DNA from: Candidatus Omnitrophota bacterium
GTDB lineage: Bacteria > Omnitrophota > Gorgyraeia > S143-82
Reading direction: 5' to 3'
DNA: 64,000 bases
NCBI GenBank assembly: GCA_015494465.1
Contig: WGBD01000002.1
Coordinates: forward strand, 67,683-131,682
The position numbers and the translations under genes are program-made. Numbering within the stretch: position 1 is the stretch's first letter; every line of letters begins with the position of its first letter. The notes beneath the pieces were generated by a model that was not told where the DNA came from, ran no database searches, and saw only the letters and a list, made by a program, of their open reading frames with translations. Of the stretch, positions 19,175-28,618 are shown piece by piece.

Positions 19175-19184
19175 GGAAGTATTG

Positions 19185-19212
19185 ATTTTAACCCAAACCA
19201 GGCCATTGTCAA
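19185..19212 (-). promoter_or_regulatory. sigma70-type promoter of glnA
   Basis: Minus strand TTGACA-16 nt-TAAAAT just upstream of the dual hairpins. Confidence 0.7.
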
Positions 19213-19219
19213 CAAAAAT

Positions 19220-19918
19220 TCACTTCATACGCAGTACCCTGTCGCAGACCCGCTCCACCAGATCGAGGTCGTGGGATATGAACAGGCCTGAAACCTGTTT
19301 TTCTTTAAACAGGTTTCGCACCAGATCTACCAACCTGGATTCCGTCCGCTTGTCCAGGGCAGAGGTGATCTCGTCCAATACGAGGAACTTGGGCTCCAGC
19401 AACAAGGCCCTCGCTATGCAGACCCTCTGTCTTTGCCCCCCGCTCAACTGAGAGGGATAACGATCCAGGACCGATTCGTCCAGATCGACATCCGCCAAGG
19501 CCCTTACTATCCTCTCCCTAACCGCCCTGCGATTGAGATGGGGGAAGTGCACATCCATTGCCTCCTTCAGGTAACTCCCCACCTTCCAGAAGGGATCTAT
19601 CGCGGTATAGGGGTCCTGAAAGACGATCTGCACCGCCTTGGCCAAGCCCTTGCGGTCCATCCTGCGCCATTCGGATACCTCCCGTCCCAAGACCTTGACC
19701 GAGCCCTCGTAATCCTCAAGCCCGGCGACGATCCTGCCGATGGTACTCTTCCCACATCCCGAAGGGCCCACTATTCCCACCAACTCCCCGGGGTAGACCT
19801 CCAGATCCAACCCGTCTATCACCACCTGGGGCAGGGACAGCAAGAGTTCCTTGCGGACATAAACCTTTCTCAAATCCCGTACGAGAAGTATGGGCTCTCT
19901 TTCAACCGACCTATCCAA
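19220..19918 (-). CDS. ABC transporter ATP-binding protein (oligopeptide/nickel type, OppF-like)
   Basis: GPSGCGKST, VFQDP, LSGGQRQR, LDEITSALD, ISHD. Confidence 0.9.
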   Translation of the reverse strand: MDRSVEREPILLVRDLRKVYVRKELLLSLPQVVIDGLDLEVYPGELVGIVGPSGCGKSTIGRIVAGLEDYEGSVKVLGREVSEWRRMDRKGLAKAVQIVFQDPYTAIDPFWKVGSYLKEAMDVHFPHLNRRAVRERIVRALADVDLDESVLDRYPSQLSGGQRQRVCIARALLLEPKFLVLDEITSALDKRTESRLVDLVRNLFKEKQVSGLFISHDLDLVERVCDRVLRMK

Positions 19919-20576
19919 TCTCTATCCTCCGGGCCGAGAGGTACTCCACCGCAGACTCGTCGTGGGTGATGAACAGGACCGCAAACGATCCTTCCCTCTG
20001 GAGGTTGAGGATGAGGTCCAATATCCCCCGACGCAGGTCTGCGTCCAAGGACGAGGTGATCTCGTCGCCTATGAGGAGGGCGGGCTCCAAGAGGAGGGTC
20101 TGGGCTATGGCCACCCTCTGGGCCATCCCCCCGCTCAACTGAAACGGGTACTTCCTCTTTACCTCCAGTGGCAGGCCCACCTTCTTCAGCACCCCATCTA
20201 TACTCTCCTGCACTCCCTTGGTTATCCCCTTGAGCAGGAGGACCTCCCTTAAGATATTATCCACCCGCATTATTGGATTGAGATAGGCGTGGGGCTGTTG
20301 GAATACTATACCGATCCCCTGTCCCCGTATCCGGCGGAAGTCCTCCTCATCCTCAAGAAGAGCACCCTTAAAGCGTATCTGTCCTTCCCAGACCGCGTTT
20401 TCGGGCAAGAGTCCCAACAGGGCCAAGGCTACGGTGCTCTTACCCGAGCCGGAAGGCCCGAGCAGGGCGACGATTTCCCCTTCTTTGATCTCCAGATCAA
20501 ACCCCTTGACGACCTGTTTCAGCCCCTCAGGGGTCCTATAGGATATCCCCAGAGCGGATACCTTTAACAGACTCAT
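19911..20576 (-). CDS. ABC transporter ATP-binding protein (oligopeptide/nickel type, OppD-like)
   Basis: GPSGSGKST, YPFQLSGGMAQRV, DEITSSLD, FITHD. Confidence 0.9.
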   Translation of the reverse strand: MSLLKVSALGISYRTPEGLKQVVKGFDLEIKEGEIVALLGPSGSGKSTVALALLGLLPENAVWEGQIRFKGALLEDEEDFRRIRGQGIGIVFQQPHAYLNPIMRVDNILREVLLLKGITKGVQESIDGVLKKVGLPLEVKRKYPFQLSGGMAQRVAIAQTLLLEPALLIGDEITSSLDADLRRGILDLILNLQREGSFAVLFITHDESAVEYLSARRIEIG

Positions 20577-21886
20577 CCCACGCGTATGTACTTACGAGCG
20601 TACCTGCGGATCAGTTCGGGGTTGTAGATGTTCCTGCCGTCGTAAACGACCTTGCCTTTGAACAGAGTCGGGTTGATGTCCTTATACTCCGGCCAGTCGG
20701 TCACCACCACTACCGCCTCGCAGTCCTTTATCAGATGCTGAGGATCATCCGCTACCCGAACCGAGTCTGCCAGATCACCCAAAGCAGAGAGGAAGTTATC
20801 CACCGCCACCGGATCGTGGACCGTCAACCTCGCACCCTCCTCAAGCAGGGCTCGGGCAATATCTATGGCCGGGGATTGGCGCACGTCGTCGGTACCGGGC
20901 TTGAAGGCAAGGCCGAGAAGGCCAACACTTCTTCCTTTTAAAGAGGCGAATTCCCCCCGCAAGGCCTCCACAGGTTTCATCCTCTGCCGGGCGTTCACCT
21001 TCATCACTGCAGACAGGAGCTCCACTTCCACCCCAACCGAGCGGGCGGTGGATATCAGGGCCGAGACATCCTTGGGGAAACAACTTCCCCCAAATCCAAG
21101 CCCTGCCTTTAGAAAGTAGGGGGATATCCGGTGGTCCAGACCCAATCCCCGGGACACCGTATCCACATCCGCCCCTAACCGCTCGCACATGTTGGCTATC
21201 TCGTTGATAAACGATATCTTGGTGGCCAGGAAGGCGTTTGAGGCGTACTTTATCATCTCCGCAGTGGCTATGTCGCAGACTAAGAGGGTGGGATTTACCT
21301 TCTCGTACAAAGACGCCACCTTCCAGGCAGCCTCCCGGTTGTCACTCCCTATCACCACCCTATCCGGGTTCATAAAGTCGTAGACCGCCTTACCCTCCCG
21401 CAAGAACTCGGGATTGGAGACCACATCAAAGCAGGCCTCGGGATGCCTTATACCCCTGCGGGTCAATTCCCCCAAGAGGAATGCCCTTGCCCATCGGCCA
21501 GTTCCCACCGGAACGGTGGACTTGTTGACGATGATCTTGTAGTCCCCTTCCTGCAGGTGCTCTGCTATGCCCTGAAGTGCGGACTCCACGAAGGACAGGT
21601 CCGCCGAACCGTCCGGCCTTGGAGGGGTACCCACGGATGTAAAGATAAAGTCTGCAAATCCAACCGCCTCTGCGTAATCCTCGGTGAAATTTATCCTGCC
21701 TTCGGAGCGCACGAAAGAGAACATCTCATCCAACTCGGGCTCGTATATAGGCAACTCACCTGCCTTCAGGCGGGCAACCTTGAAGGGGTCCTTGTCTAGT
21801 CCCAACACATCATGTCCCAGATAGGCGAAGCCTATTCCCGAGACCAGTCCGACATATCCCGTACCGATAACCGATATCCGCGCCAT
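20573..21886 (-). CDS. ugd: UDP-glucose 6-dehydrogenase
   Basis: GTGYVG, KSTVPVGT, NPEFLREG, GFGGSCFPKD, GLAFKPGTDD. Confidence 0.93.
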   Translation of the reverse strand: MARISVIGTGYVGLVSGIGFAYLGHDVLGLDKDPFKVARLKAGELPIYEPELDEMFSFVRSEGRINFTEDYAEAVGFADFIFTSVGTPPRPDGSADLSFVESALQGIAEHLQEGDYKIIVNKSTVPVGTGRWARAFLLGELTRRGIRHPEACFDVVSNPEFLREGKAVYDFMNPDRVVIGSDNREAAWKVASLYEKVNPTLLVCDIATAEMIKYASNAFLATKISFINEIANMCERLGADVDTVSRGLGLDHRISPYFLKAGLGFGGSCFPKDVSALISTARSVGVEVELLSAVMKVNARQRMKPVEALRGEFASLKGRSVGLLGLAFKPGTDDVRQSPAIDIARALLEEGARLTVHDPVAVDNFLSALGDLADSVRVADDPQHLIKDCEAVVVVTDWPEYKDINPTLFKGKVVYDGRNIYNPELIRRYARKYIRVG

Positions 21887-21901
21887 AGAAGGGATTATAC
21901 A

Positions 21902-22813
21902 TCAGGTCTTCTCCAAAATACAGATGTAAAAGCCCTCCATGGTCTCGGTGGGGATCACATGCCAGCCAAGTCCGTTTATACCCGGAAAGACATTCTTAAA
22001 GGGCAGGGCAAAGTCCACGGGTCGCAGATCCGGGAACTTGTTAAGTATCCACTCCATCAACCACTCGTTCTCCTCGGGGGAGAAGGTGCAGGTGGAGTAG
22101 ACCAGTCTTGCCCCCTCCTGCATACAGCGATAGGCAGAGATAAGGAGCCTGCGCTGTTTCCTCGTCATCTCCTTGACCTTGCGCAGGGACCAATAGGCAT
22201 AACTCCGGGGATCGTGGGGATCAAACCGCCCCTCCGCACTGCAGGGGGCATCCAAGAGGACCCTATCGAACCGTCCCGCGTACCTGCGGAAGAGGACCCC
22301 AGCGTCTCCCAAGAGAAGGTCTGCCTCCCTACAGCCCTGCAATTCCAGATTCGCCTTCAGACGATAGAACCTCGGTTTCACCTTCTCCACCGCCAGAAGA
22401 TAGGCACCGGGAGGCAACATTGCACAGATCTGGGTGGTCTTGCTCCCGGGGGCAGCGCACATGTCCAATACACTGCGGGCGGACTCCAATTCCATGTACA
22501 AAGGGGGGAGCATGCTGGAGAGGTTTTGGAGGTATATCTTGCCCTCGCGATAGAGGTGTGTCTCTTGGAGCTCCCTTTGAGTCGGGGACAGGAGCACGAA
22601 GGCCCAGTCAAACCAGGGGACCTCCCTCAGACGCAGGCCAAGGGCTCTGGCCTCCTCCAGGAAGGCCCGCCGATCTATCTTGAGGGGATTTATCCGAAAT
22701 GTCGTCAACCTCTTCCCGGTGAGACCGCGCAATATCTCAGCGAAGTGCTGGGGGAAGAACTCTTCCAACCTCTCTAAAAACTGGGCGGGAAATCTATCCT
22801 TCAACGAGGCCAT
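21902..22813 (-). CDS. RsmB/RsmF (NOL1/NOP2) rRNA m5C methyltransferase
   Basis: DMCAAPGSKT, LLDAPCS, VYSTCTFSPEENE. Confidence 0.9.
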   Translation of the reverse strand: MASLKDRFPAQFLERLEEFFPQHFAEILRGLTGKRLTTFRINPLKIDRRAFLEEARALGLRLREVPWFDWAFVLLSPTQRELQETHLYREGKIYLQNLSSMLPPLYMELESARSVLDMCAAPGSKTTQICAMLPPGAYLLAVEKVKPRFYRLKANLELQGCREADLLLGDAGVLFRRYAGRFDRVLLDAPCSAEGRFDPHDPRSYAYWSLRKVKEMTRKQRRLLISAYRCMQEGARLVYSTCTFSPEENEWLMEWILNKFPDLRPVDFALPFKNVFPGINGLGWHVIPTETMEGFYICILEKT

Positions 22814-23300
22814 GGCGCGCCTTCATAAACACATAACCGGTGGCTACTGCGATGGCATCGCTCACATCCAAGGGGTGATCCTTTATCCCCTCTCCCAGCG
22901 AATACATCTGGGCTATAACCCCCCTCACCTGCTCCTTTGAGGCATTCCCCCTGCCGGTGATGGCCCGCTTTATCCGGGCAGGAGATATCTCGGAGACCCT
23001 TGCCCCGCTCCTCTGGGCCGAGAGAAGCAGAATCCCCCGGGCGTGTCCCATGATCACCGAGGTGTAGGGGTGCTGACGGTGAGAATATATCGACTCAAAC
23101 ACCACCACCGCAGGCCGGTAAGAGGAGAACAACTCACAGGCGCTTTCGTAGAGGAAGTTGAGCCTCCAGGAAAGGGACTTACCACTGGGTATCTTGAAGA
23201 CCCCTTTGTCCTCGAGATAACACCTGCGGGAGTGGACTCTAAGTACCGCGTATCCGGTCTGCCTTATCCCGGGATCTATACCTACGACGATACCTTCCAC
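22794..23300 (-). CDS. ruvC: Holliday junction resolvase RuvC
   Basis: GIDPG, GHARG, ITGRGNASKEQV, DVSDAIAVA. Confidence 0.93.
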   Translation of the reverse strand: MEGIVVGIDPGIRQTGYAVLRVHSRRCYLEDKGVFKIPSGKSLSWRLNFLYESACELFSSYRPAVVVFESIYSHRQHPYTSVIMGHARGILLLSAQRSGARVSEISPARIKRAITGRGNASKEQVRGVIAQMYSLGEGIKDHPLDVSDAIAVATGYVFMKARHGLVEG

Positions 23301-23301
23301 A

Positions 23302-24045
23302 TCAACAACACTTCACACCCAACACCGCACTATCGCCATAACCCCTTACCAACACCTCTCCCACCGCATCCCGGGACAACTCCACGAACCTGCGTATCTT
23401 CTCGGGAGGGTGAACCCAATCCGGGCAGTGTTCCGGATCCAAGACATACTCCGGCCGATAGGCCTGCAAGACATAGCGTCGGGCAGAGGCGATCTCCTCT
23501 GCGATGGCCTTGATGTCCTCTTCCTCCACGAACCCCGGCACGACCGTGGTGCGAAACTCGTAATCCGGGGCAAGGGAGATGATCAGGGAGATGCTCTTGC
23601 GGATTCGCTCCACACCGTCGGGAGCAGACAGGCCCAGTTCGGGATACCTCTCCAGACGGGTCTTTACATCCATCGCCAGGTAGTCCAACTGCCCCTCCCT
23701 CAGGAGCAACTCCAGCACACCGGGGTTGGTCCCATTGGTATCCAGCTTGACCTTGTATCCCAAGGACTTTATCTGGTGTATGGCGTTGGGAAGATCCGCG
23801 TGGAGCGTGGGCTCCCCGCCGGTGATACAGACGCCCTCGAGAAAGGTCTTGCGGTGAGAGAGGTAGTCCAGGACCTCCTCCCACCGCTCCTTATAGACCT
23901 CTTCAGGCTCGTATTCGCAGGGGAGGAGGGCCACATTGTGGCAATAAGGACAGCGCAGATTGCACCCCTGCAAAAAGACTATCGCGCACAGGTGATTGGG
24001 ATAATCAACGAGCGACAGTCTCTGTAGTCCGGCAACCGGGAGCAT
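23302..24045 (-). CDS. nrdG: anaerobic ribonucleotide reductase activating radical-SAM enzyme
   Basis: SLVDYP, GCNLRCPYCHN, TGGEPT, KLDTNGT; follows nrdD. Confidence 0.92.
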   Translation of the reverse strand: MLPVAGLQRLSLVDYPNHLCAIVFLQGCNLRCPYCHNVALLPCEYEPEEVYKERWEEVLDYLSHRKTFLEGVCITGGEPTLHADLPNAIHQIKSLGYKVKLDTNGTNPGVLELLLREGQLDYLAMDVKTRLERYPELGLSAPDGVERIRKSISLIISLAPDYEFRTTVVPGFVEEEDIKAIAEEIASARRYVLQAYRPEYVLDPEHCPDWVHPPEKIRRFVELSRDAVGEVLVRGYGDSAVLGVKCC

Positions 24046-24175
24046 GCAGACCTTCCTCCTTGACCTTGAAGGTCTTCCTGTCCTTGAATTCCTCCTGCTT
24101 GCCCTTGTTCCACTCCTGCACCGGACGGAAGAATCCGGTTACCCGAGAGAATACCTCAACTTTGCACCTTCCCAT
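24005..24175 (-). CDS. stand-alone NrdD C-terminal glycyl-radical domain (56 aa)
   Basis: Own AGGAGG SD and ATG; MGRCKVEVFSRVTGFFRPVQEWNKGKQEEFKDRK contains the RVxG glycyl-radical loop. Confidence 0.8.
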   Translation of the reverse strand: MGRCKVEVFSRVTGFFRPVQEWNKGKQEEFKDRKTFKVKEEGLHAPGCRTTETVAR

Positions 24176-24206
24176 AGCCCCCTCCTTTCTTTTTTCCTGT
24201 TTCCAC

Positions 24207-26198
24207 CTATCCCTCGACACTGGCCAGGTCTTCGTAAGGGCACTTGAAGTGCGCACCCGGTATAAGCCCGTGATTCGGACATATCGTAAAGGTCGGCGTT
24301 ATCGTAAAGTAAGGCAGACGATAGTTCTGGGCTATCACCCGTACCAACTTCTTCACCGTCTCCCCGCTGTCCAGGCTCTCTCCCAAGAAGATGTGGAAGA
24401 CCGTACCGCCGGTGTAAAGCGTCTGGAGGTCGTCCTGATGATCCAGGGCCCAGAAGAGATCGTCGGTGTAATTGACCGGCAACTGGGAGGAATTCGTGTA
24501 ATAGGGCTCCTCCTTGCCCTGGGTCTTTATGTCCGCAAACCGCTCCTTGTCCATCTTCGCCAGTTTGTAGGCGGTGCTCTCCGCAGGTGTTGCCTCCAAG
24601 TTGTAGAGGTGCCCCGTCTCTTCCTGGAATTCCCGCATCTTTTCCCGAATGTACTTGAGCACCTTTATGGCAAAGGCCTTGCCCTCGGGATGGGCGATGC
24701 TGACCCCGAGGAAGTTCAGACACATCTCGTTCATCCCCACCACCCCTATGGTGGAGAAGTGGTTGGCCCAGTAACTGCCAAATCTGGACTTGATGTCCGA
24801 GAGGTAGTGTCGGGAGTAAGGATAGAGTCCCTTCTCGGTGAACCTCTCCAGGACCTCCCGCTTTATCTCCAGAGAGGTCTTGGCCAAATCCAAGAGGTGG
24901 TCTAGACGGGCGAAGAACTCCTCCTCGCTGTCCGAGAGGTAGCCGATGCGGGGCATGTTCAGGGTGACCACCCCGATGGAGCCGGTCATCGGATTGGATC
25001 CGAAGAGACCTCCTCCCCGCTTCCGCAGTTCCCGATTGTCCAACCTCAGACGACAGCACATGCTCCGGGCATCCGAGGGATCCATGTCGCTGTTTATGAA
25101 GTTGGAGAAGTAAGGGATACCGTACTTGGCGGTCATCTCCCACAACGGCTCCAAGAGTGGATTGTCCCAGTCGAAGTCCTTGGTGATGTTGTAGGTGGGG
25201 ATCGGGAAGGAGAATATCCTGTGCTTGGCATCCCCCTCTATCATCACCTCGCAGAAGGCCCGGTTTATCCAGTCCGCCTCCTTCTGGAACTCCTTGTACT
25301 TCTTGTCCTTGAACTCACCCCCGACGATGACATACTCCTCTTTAAGCATGTCGGGGATGGTGAGGTCCATAGTGATGTTGGTAAACGGGGTCTGGAACCC
25401 GACCCGCGTGGGCACATTTATGTTGAATATGAACTCCTGCATGTACTGCTTGACCTGTTCGTAGGTCAGGCCGTCGTAGTAGACGAACGGTGCCAAGAGG
25501 GTGTCGAAGTTGGAGAAGGCCTGGGCGCCCGCTGCCTCTCCCTGCAGGGTATAGAAGAAGTTGACGATCTGTCCCAAGGCGGTGCGGAAGTGCTTGGGCG
25601 GTCGGGATTCCACCTTACCGTAGGCACCACCAAAGCCCCGCAGGAGCAGGTCCTTGAGGTCCCATCCACAGCAGTAGACGCTGATAGAACCGAGGTCGTG
25701 GATGTGGAAGTCCCCGTTGCGGTGGGCGTCTGCCACCTCCTTGGGGTACACCTTGGTGAGCCAGTATCCGCTGGCAACGGTGGTGGAGATGTAGTTGTTC
25801 AACCCCTGGAGGGAATAGCCCATGTTGGCGTTTTCCTTGACCTTCCAGTCCCTCTGGTTGATGTAGTCGTCTATCATGTCCACCGCATCCCGCAGGAGCT
25901 GGTGGACCTCCCTTATCTTGGCGTGCTGTTCCCGATAAAGTATGTAGGCCTTGGCGGTCTTGGCGTGCCCGTTCTCTATCAGCATCTTCTCCACGAGATC
26001 CTGCACCTCTTCCACCGTCGGTATGCGGTCGTCTTTGTAGAGGATCTCAAGGATGGAGACCACCTGGTTGGCTATCTTCTTGGCGGGCTCCCTGTCCTTG
26101 CCCCCTACCGCTTGGGCAGCCTTGAAGATGGCGTTCTCGATCTTCTCGGGATTGAACTTCTCCAACCGGCCGTCGCGTTTGCGGATGTACTTGATCAT
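24207..26198 (-). CDS. nrdD: anaerobic (class III) ribonucleoside-triphosphate reductase, large part with ATP-cone
   Basis: ATP-cone IRKRDGRLEKF, HIHDL, SMCCRL, GSIGVVTLN, EATPAEST; ends at CPNHG...KCPY without the glycyl loop. Confidence 0.93.
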   Translation of the reverse strand: MIKYIRKRDGRLEKFNPEKIENAIFKAAQAVGGKDREPAKKIANQVVSILEILYKDDRIPTVEEVQDLVEKMLIENGHAKTAKAYILYREQHAKIREVHQLLRDAVDMIDDYINQRDWKVKENANMGYSLQGLNNYISTTVASGYWLTKVYPKEVADAHRNGDFHIHDLGSISVYCCGWDLKDLLLRGFGGAYGKVESRPPKHFRTALGQIVNFFYTLQGEAAGAQAFSNFDTLLAPFVYYDGLTYEQVKQYMQEFIFNINVPTRVGFQTPFTNITMDLTIPDMLKEEYVIVGGEFKDKKYKEFQKEADWINRAFCEVMIEGDAKHRIFSFPIPTYNITKDFDWDNPLLEPLWEMTAKYGIPYFSNFINSDMDPSDARSMCCRLRLDNRELRKRGGGLFGSNPMTGSIGVVTLNMPRIGYLSDSEEEFFARLDHLLDLAKTSLEIKREVLERFTEKGLYPYSRHYLSDIKSRFGSYWANHFSTIGVVGMNEMCLNFLGVSIAHPEGKAFAIKVLKYIREKMREFQEETGHLYNLEATPAESTAYKLAKMDKERFADIKTQGKEEPYYTNSSQLPVNYTDDLFWALDHQDDLQTLYTGGTVFHIFLGESLDSGETVKKLVRVIAQNYRLPYFTITPTFTICPNHGLIPGAHFKCPYEDLASVEG

Positions 26199-26237
26199 GT
26201 CGCCCCCCTTATACTAACAAAACCTGTTGAAGGAAAT

Positions 26238-28514
26238 CTACTTGCCGTACTTCTTCCTCAGGATCCGCGCCGCCTCTACCATGTTGGAGAGAGAACGCTT
26301 CACCTCAGGCCAGTCGCGGGTCTTCAGTCCGCAGTCGGGATTGACCCACAACAACTCCTTCTTTATCCCCCGGCGCAGACACTCCTCAAGGAGTTCCAAG
26401 ATCTCCTCCACCGGAGGCACCCGCTTGCTGTGTATGTCGTAGACCCCGGGGCCGATGCACTTGTCGTAGCGGTACTCCCGGAATACATCCAAGAGTTCTC
26501 CCCGGGACCTGGCGTTCTCTATGCTTATCACATCCGCATCCATCTCCGAGATGGCGCTGATGATGTCGTTGAAGTCGGAGTAGCACATGTGGGTGTGGAT
26601 CTGGGTCTCCGGCCTCACCCCGGATGTGGTCAACCTAAACGACTTCACCGCCCAGTCCAGATAGGCCCTGCGCTTGCGGGCCTTCAAGGGCAGGCCCTCC
26701 CTCAAGGCAGGCTCGTCTACCTGTATTGCCTTTATACCGACCTTCTCTAAATCCAACACCTCCTCCCGCAGGGCCAAGGCAATCTGATAGGCCACCTCCT
26801 TGCGGGGTATGTCCGTGCGCACGAAGGACCAGTTCAATATCGTAACCGGACCGGTAAGCATGCCCTTCACCGGCCTTTCGGTCTGCTCCTGCGCGTACCT
26901 TATCTCGTTGACGGTCATAGGGGCGGGGCGAGAGACATCTCCGTATATGATGGGAGGACGCACGCACCGGGAACCGTAGGACTGGACCCACCCGTTCTTG
27001 GTAAAGGCAAAGCCCTTCATCTTCATACCGAAGAACTCCACCATGTCCGTGCGCTCAAACTCCCCGTGCACCAAGACATCCAGCCCTAATTCCTCCTGAA
27101 ACCTTATTACCTCCCTTATCTTCTCGGCAATGAAGACCTGATAGGCCAACTCGCTTATCTGCCCGCTCCGGTACAACCTGCGCATCCGCCTGACCTCTTG
27201 GGTCTGGGGGAAACTGCCGATAGTGGTGGTGGGGAACAACGGCAGATTCAGGAGCTTCTTCTGCAGGGCAAACCTCTTGGCAAAGGGCACGCCCCTGTCG
27301 AAGTCCGAAGGACTCAGGGCCTTCATCCTGCGCCTGACCTCGGGATCGTTGCGGAAGGCCTCTCTCTCCAGTCTCTTGAACAGGGCCCTGTTTGCCCTCA
27401 AGAGGGATGTGTTCCCTCTCCATACCTTCCTTATGTCCACCAACTCCTTAATTTTCTCTATCGCAAACGCAAGGTAAGGCTGAATCTCGCCCAGATCCTC
27501 TCCCTCAACCGTGTAAGGGACGAATTGCAGGGAAGACGACGGCGAGAGCATAGAATTACTCAGGTCGATCTTCTTGGCCAACCCCTTCAAGAGGGTGATG
27601 ACCTGGGAGTAGTCGGTACGCCAGACATTCCTGCCGTCCACTACCCCCAGGACGAGTCTGAGGCCCTCAGGGAGCCTGGTGCGAGAGAGGGCCTTAAGGT
27701 TTGCCTCCCTGCCCCGTACCATGTCCAGCCCAATATAGGCGAACCCCCACTTTACTGCCTCAGGTAGGTGCTCCTCTACGGACTCGAAATAGGTCTGGAG
27801 GACAAACCTCGTCTTCTTCCCGTAGCGGGCGTTGAGATCTCTATAATAGCCCCCGAGCCTCTTCACCGCCTTCTTATCCCTGCCGTAGACCAAGGCGGGC
27901 TCGTCTATTTGGATGTACCTTGCCCCCGCGGAGACCAAGGAGTTTACAACTTCCTCGAACACCGGCCAGAGGGCAGACATCCACTCCACCAGCGTGGTCT
28001 CGGACTCCACCTTGGCCAACTTCAGGAAGGTATACGGACCGATGAGAACCGGCTTGAGCTCCACCTTCCGGCCCTTCAGCCACCGTTTGGCCTTGTTGAA
28101 CTCGTCCAACATCCAGTTGTACTGCAGGTGGAACTCCCCATCCACCTCGGGCACTATGTAGTGATAATTGGTATCAAACCACTTGGTCATCTCTAGAGCG
28201 GGATTGCGGGCATCCCCCCGGGCGTAGACGAAGTACTTATCCAGCCAATCCGCAGAAGGGGAAAACCTAAACCGCTTCCCCGCGCACCCGTACATCCAGG
28301 CGGTGTCCAGGACCCCATCGTAAAGGGAGAAGTCCCCTACCGGTATCACCTCCACGCCGAGATCGGCCTGCAGTAGGAGGTGTTCCTTTTTCAAGGCATC
28401 CACCTTCTTCAGGAACTCCTCCCGGCCTATCTCCTTCCTCCAGAAGGACTCCAAGAGGAACTTCAACTCCCGATTCCTGCCTATTCTGGGAAAGCCCAAG
28501 GTGGTGATCTTCAT
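26238..28514 (-). CDS. metE: cobalamin-independent methionine synthase
   Basis: GFPRIG, EMTKWFDTNYHY, TTIGSFPQT, HGEFERTDMVEFF, HTHMCYS, NPDCGLKTR. Confidence 0.97.
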   Translation of the reverse strand: MKITTLGFPRIGRNRELKFLLESFWRKEIGREEFLKKVDALKKEHLLLQADLGVEVIPVGDFSLYDGVLDTAWMYGCAGKRFRFSPSADWLDKYFVYARGDARNPALEMTKWFDTNYHYIVPEVDGEFHLQYNWMLDEFNKAKRWLKGRKVELKPVLIGPYTFLKLAKVESETTLVEWMSALWPVFEEVVNSLVSAGARYIQIDEPALVYGRDKKAVKRLGGYYRDLNARYGKKTRFVLQTYFESVEEHLPEAVKWGFAYIGLDMVRGREANLKALSRTRLPEGLRLVLGVVDGRNVWRTDYSQVITLLKGLAKKIDLSNSMLSPSSSLQFVPYTVEGEDLGEIQPYLAFAIEKIKELVDIRKVWRGNTSLLRANRALFKRLEREAFRNDPEVRRRMKALSPSDFDRGVPFAKRFALQKKLLNLPLFPTTTIGSFPQTQEVRRMRRLYRSGQISELAYQVFIAEKIREVIRFQEELGLDVLVHGEFERTDMVEFFGMKMKGFAFTKNGWVQSYGSRCVRPPIIYGDVSRPAPMTVNEIRYAQEQTERPVKGMLTGPVTILNWSFVRTDIPRKEVAYQIALALREEVLDLEKVGIKAIQVDEPALREGLPLKARKRRAYLDWAVKSFRLTTSGVRPETQIHTHMCYSDFNDIISAISEMDADVISIENARSRGELLDVFREYRYDKCIGPGVYDIHSKRVPPVEEILELLEECLRRGIKKELLWVNPDCGLKTRDWPEVKRSLSNMVEAARILRKKYGK

Positions 28515-28570
28515 TACTCGTCCCCCTTTCCACAGGTCTTCACACGAAATCCACAGGTTTTGCCCAACTT

Positions 28571-28618
28571 ACACAATATATTGTGGTTCACTATTGCTCA
28601 AGCCACTATATATTGTAA
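28571..28618. promoter_or_regulatory. tandem NrdR boxes
   Basis: ACACAATATATTGTGG (28571-28586, perfect 14-bp palindromic core) and CCACTATATATTGTAA (28603-28618), 32 bp apart; match the acaCwAtATaTwGtgt consensus. Confidence 0.85.

Noticed and set aside
24139-25143. 334-aa alternative-frame ORF inside nrdD as a frameshift partner
   Set aside because: Its translation has no NrdD motifs; the missing C-terminal domain is in the separate ORF 24005-24175.
28515-28610. SAM or cobalamin riboswitch upstream of metE
   Set aside because: The leader is under 100 nt and lacks S-box or B12-box motifs; NrdR boxes explain the region.
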